This document shows, one piece after another, positions 62,810-64,000 of a stretch of DNA of 64,000 nt (positions are counted from its first letter, which is position 1; every line of letters starts with the position of its first letter). A program made the translations under genes and the position numbers. The notes below the pieces were generated by a model. That model did not search any database and was not told the origin of the DNA. It saw nothing but the letters and a program-made list of their open reading frames with translations. Origin of the DNA: an uncultured Roseicyclus sp. GTDB taxonomy: Bacteria > Pseudomonadota > Alphaproteobacteria > Rhodobacterales > Rhodobacteraceae. The stretch covers positions 337,400 to 401,399 of the forward strand of contig CANLEH010000003.1 in NCBI GenBank assembly GCA_947489665.1, written 5' to 3'.

Positions 62810-64000
62810 TTACGATCCGTCCGGGCACAACGATCAGCTTCTTGGGCGCGTTGCCGTCCAAAGCCTTCACCACAGCGTCGTCTGCCAGCGCGATCTTTTC
62901 AACCTCTTCCTTAGAGGCGTCCTTGGCGACCTTGATCTCGGACTTGCGTTTGCCGTTGATCTGGATGGGCATGGTGACGGTGTCTTCCACCAGCATGGCC
63001 TCATCCGCTTTGGGCCACTCGGCATTGGCGATCAGGCCCTTGCCGCCTTGGTAAGCCCAGATGTCTTCGGCCAGGTGCGGCGTGAAGGGGGCCATCAATT
63101 GGGCGAGCGTCAGGATCGCTTCGCGCTGGGCGGCGTAGGACGCTTTGGATTTCTGCAGCGTGTTGGTGAAGCCATAGAGCTTGGCGATGGCGGCGTTGAA
63201 GCCGAAGCTCTCGATGCCCATCGTGACGTCGTGGATCGCTTTGTGCATGGCGCGCAGGAGGTCCTCGTCGCTGGAAGCGCGCCCAGAAGACGTGTCGCCT
63301 TCGCCTGCTGCGTTGCGGTCCATATTGCCGATGCGGTCGCAGAGCGACCAGACCCGGCCCAGATGTTTATAGGCGGCCTCGGCCCCGGCGGCAGTCCATT
63401 CGACGTCACGTTCGGGGGGTGAGTCGGACAACACGAACCAACGCGCGGTGTCGGCGCCGTATTGTTCGATGATCGCCACGGGGTCGACGACATTGTTCTT
63501 GGATTTCGACATCTTGGCGGAGGGGACGATTTCGACTTCCGTGCCATCCTCCAGGAAGCCCTTGCCGTCCCGCAGGTCCACAGCCTCGGGGTAATGGTAG
63601 ACGGGGCGGCCATCGGCCCCGGTCGTCTTGAAGATCGCGTGGGTCACCATGCCTTGGGTGAAGAGCGCGTTGAAGGGCTCGATCGATTTGCGGGGCAGGT
63701 GGCCGGTCAGGTGCATGGCGCGGGCGAAGAACCGGGAATAGAGCAGGTGCAGGATCGCGTGCTCGATGCCACCGATATATTGGTCAACGTTCATCCAGTA
63801 TTCCGCTTCTTCCCGCGCCGTCGGCGTGTCGGCATGAGGGGAAGTGAAGCGGGCGAAGTACCAGCTTGAGTCGACGAATGTGTCCATCGTGTCCGTCTCA
63901 CGCGTGGCTGGTGCACCGCAGGACGGGCAGGGCACATCGCGCCAGGTCGGGTGACGGTCGAGCGGATTACCGGGGATGTCGAAGGTGACGTCCTTGGGCA
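62796..64000 (-). CDS. leuS: Leucine--tRNA ligase, C-terminal part; gene continues past the right window edge
   Basis: The frame stays open to position 64000. The track start at 63935 is internal. It contains the KMSKS loop ([14 protein letters not shown]) and the LeuRS C-terminal domain. Confidence 0.92.
   Translation of the reverse strand, partial: PKDVTFDIPGNPLDRHPTWRDVPCPSCGAPATRETDTMDTFVDSSWYFARFTSPHADTPTAREEAEYWMNVDQYIGGIEHAILHLLYSRFFARAMHLTGHLPRKSIEPFNALFTQGMVTHAIFKTTGADGRPVYHYPEAVDLRDGKGFLEDGTEVEIVPSAKMSKSKNNVVDPVAIIEQYGADTARWFVLSDSPPERDVEWTAAGAEAAYKHLGRVWSLCDRIGNMDRNAAGEGDTSSGRASSDEDLLRAMHKAIHDVTMGIESFGFNAAIAKLYGFTNTLQKSKASYAAQREAILTLAQLMAPFTPHLAEDIWAYQGGKGLIANAEWPKADEAMLVEDTVTMPIQINGKRKSEIKVAKDASKEEVEKIALADDAVVKALDGNAPKKLIVVPGRIVNVVV

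Overview
High-GC chromosomal segment (hand-sampled lines about 62-64 % G+C). Gene content and synteny point to an alphaproteobacterium, most likely a marine Rhodobacteraceae: ccrM beside rnhB, leuS-lptE-holA, lpxK-waaA, gpmI-envC-ctpA-rppH, rsfS-rlmH, dgcN-dgcA, large RTX proteins and REP-like hairpins. I can support about 62 protein-coding genes, mostly housekeeping and often translationally coupled by 1-4 nt overlaps. I saw no rRNA, tRNA, CRISPR array, transposase or integrase. Three accessory patches stand out. (1) 11.3-13.3 kb is a sharply AT-richer islet between a ParB-like gene and smc. It carries one orphan 531-aa ORF with a DUF4365-like (PD-(D/E)xK, restriction-endonuclease fold) N-terminus and about 400 aa of unrecognisable sequence. 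This is my best candidate for an undescribed, possibly single-gene defence-type system. (2) 19.4-32.6 kb holds a minimal kpsM/kpsE/kpsT export set plus an apparent operon: RTX serralysin-like protease, two glycosyltransferases and a sulfotransferase-like gene. A second, convergent RTX protein faces it. (3) 37.1-43.3 kb is a run of small secreted proteins of unknown function. It includes tandem Cys-rich paralogs coupled to rppH, a JmjC/cupin oxygenase divergent from a 94-aa Tat-signal peptide, and a membrane protein with a C-terminal OmpR-type winged helix. Non-coding observations include a CcsR/cuckoo-like C/U-loop double hairpin, a conserved 23-nt box at three convergent gene ends, a shared 13-bp site upstream of two secreted-protein genes, and TGTAGT iterons with a 14-bp palindrome. 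There are also three CTGGTCA repeats upstream of smc and a GANTC cluster upstream of ccrM. The ORF track uses ATG/GTG/TTG starts and reports the longest ORF, so many starts were trimmed by hand. Many long track ORFs are antisense artefacts of high GC. All family assignments come from my own reading of motifs and memory of families; no searches were run.
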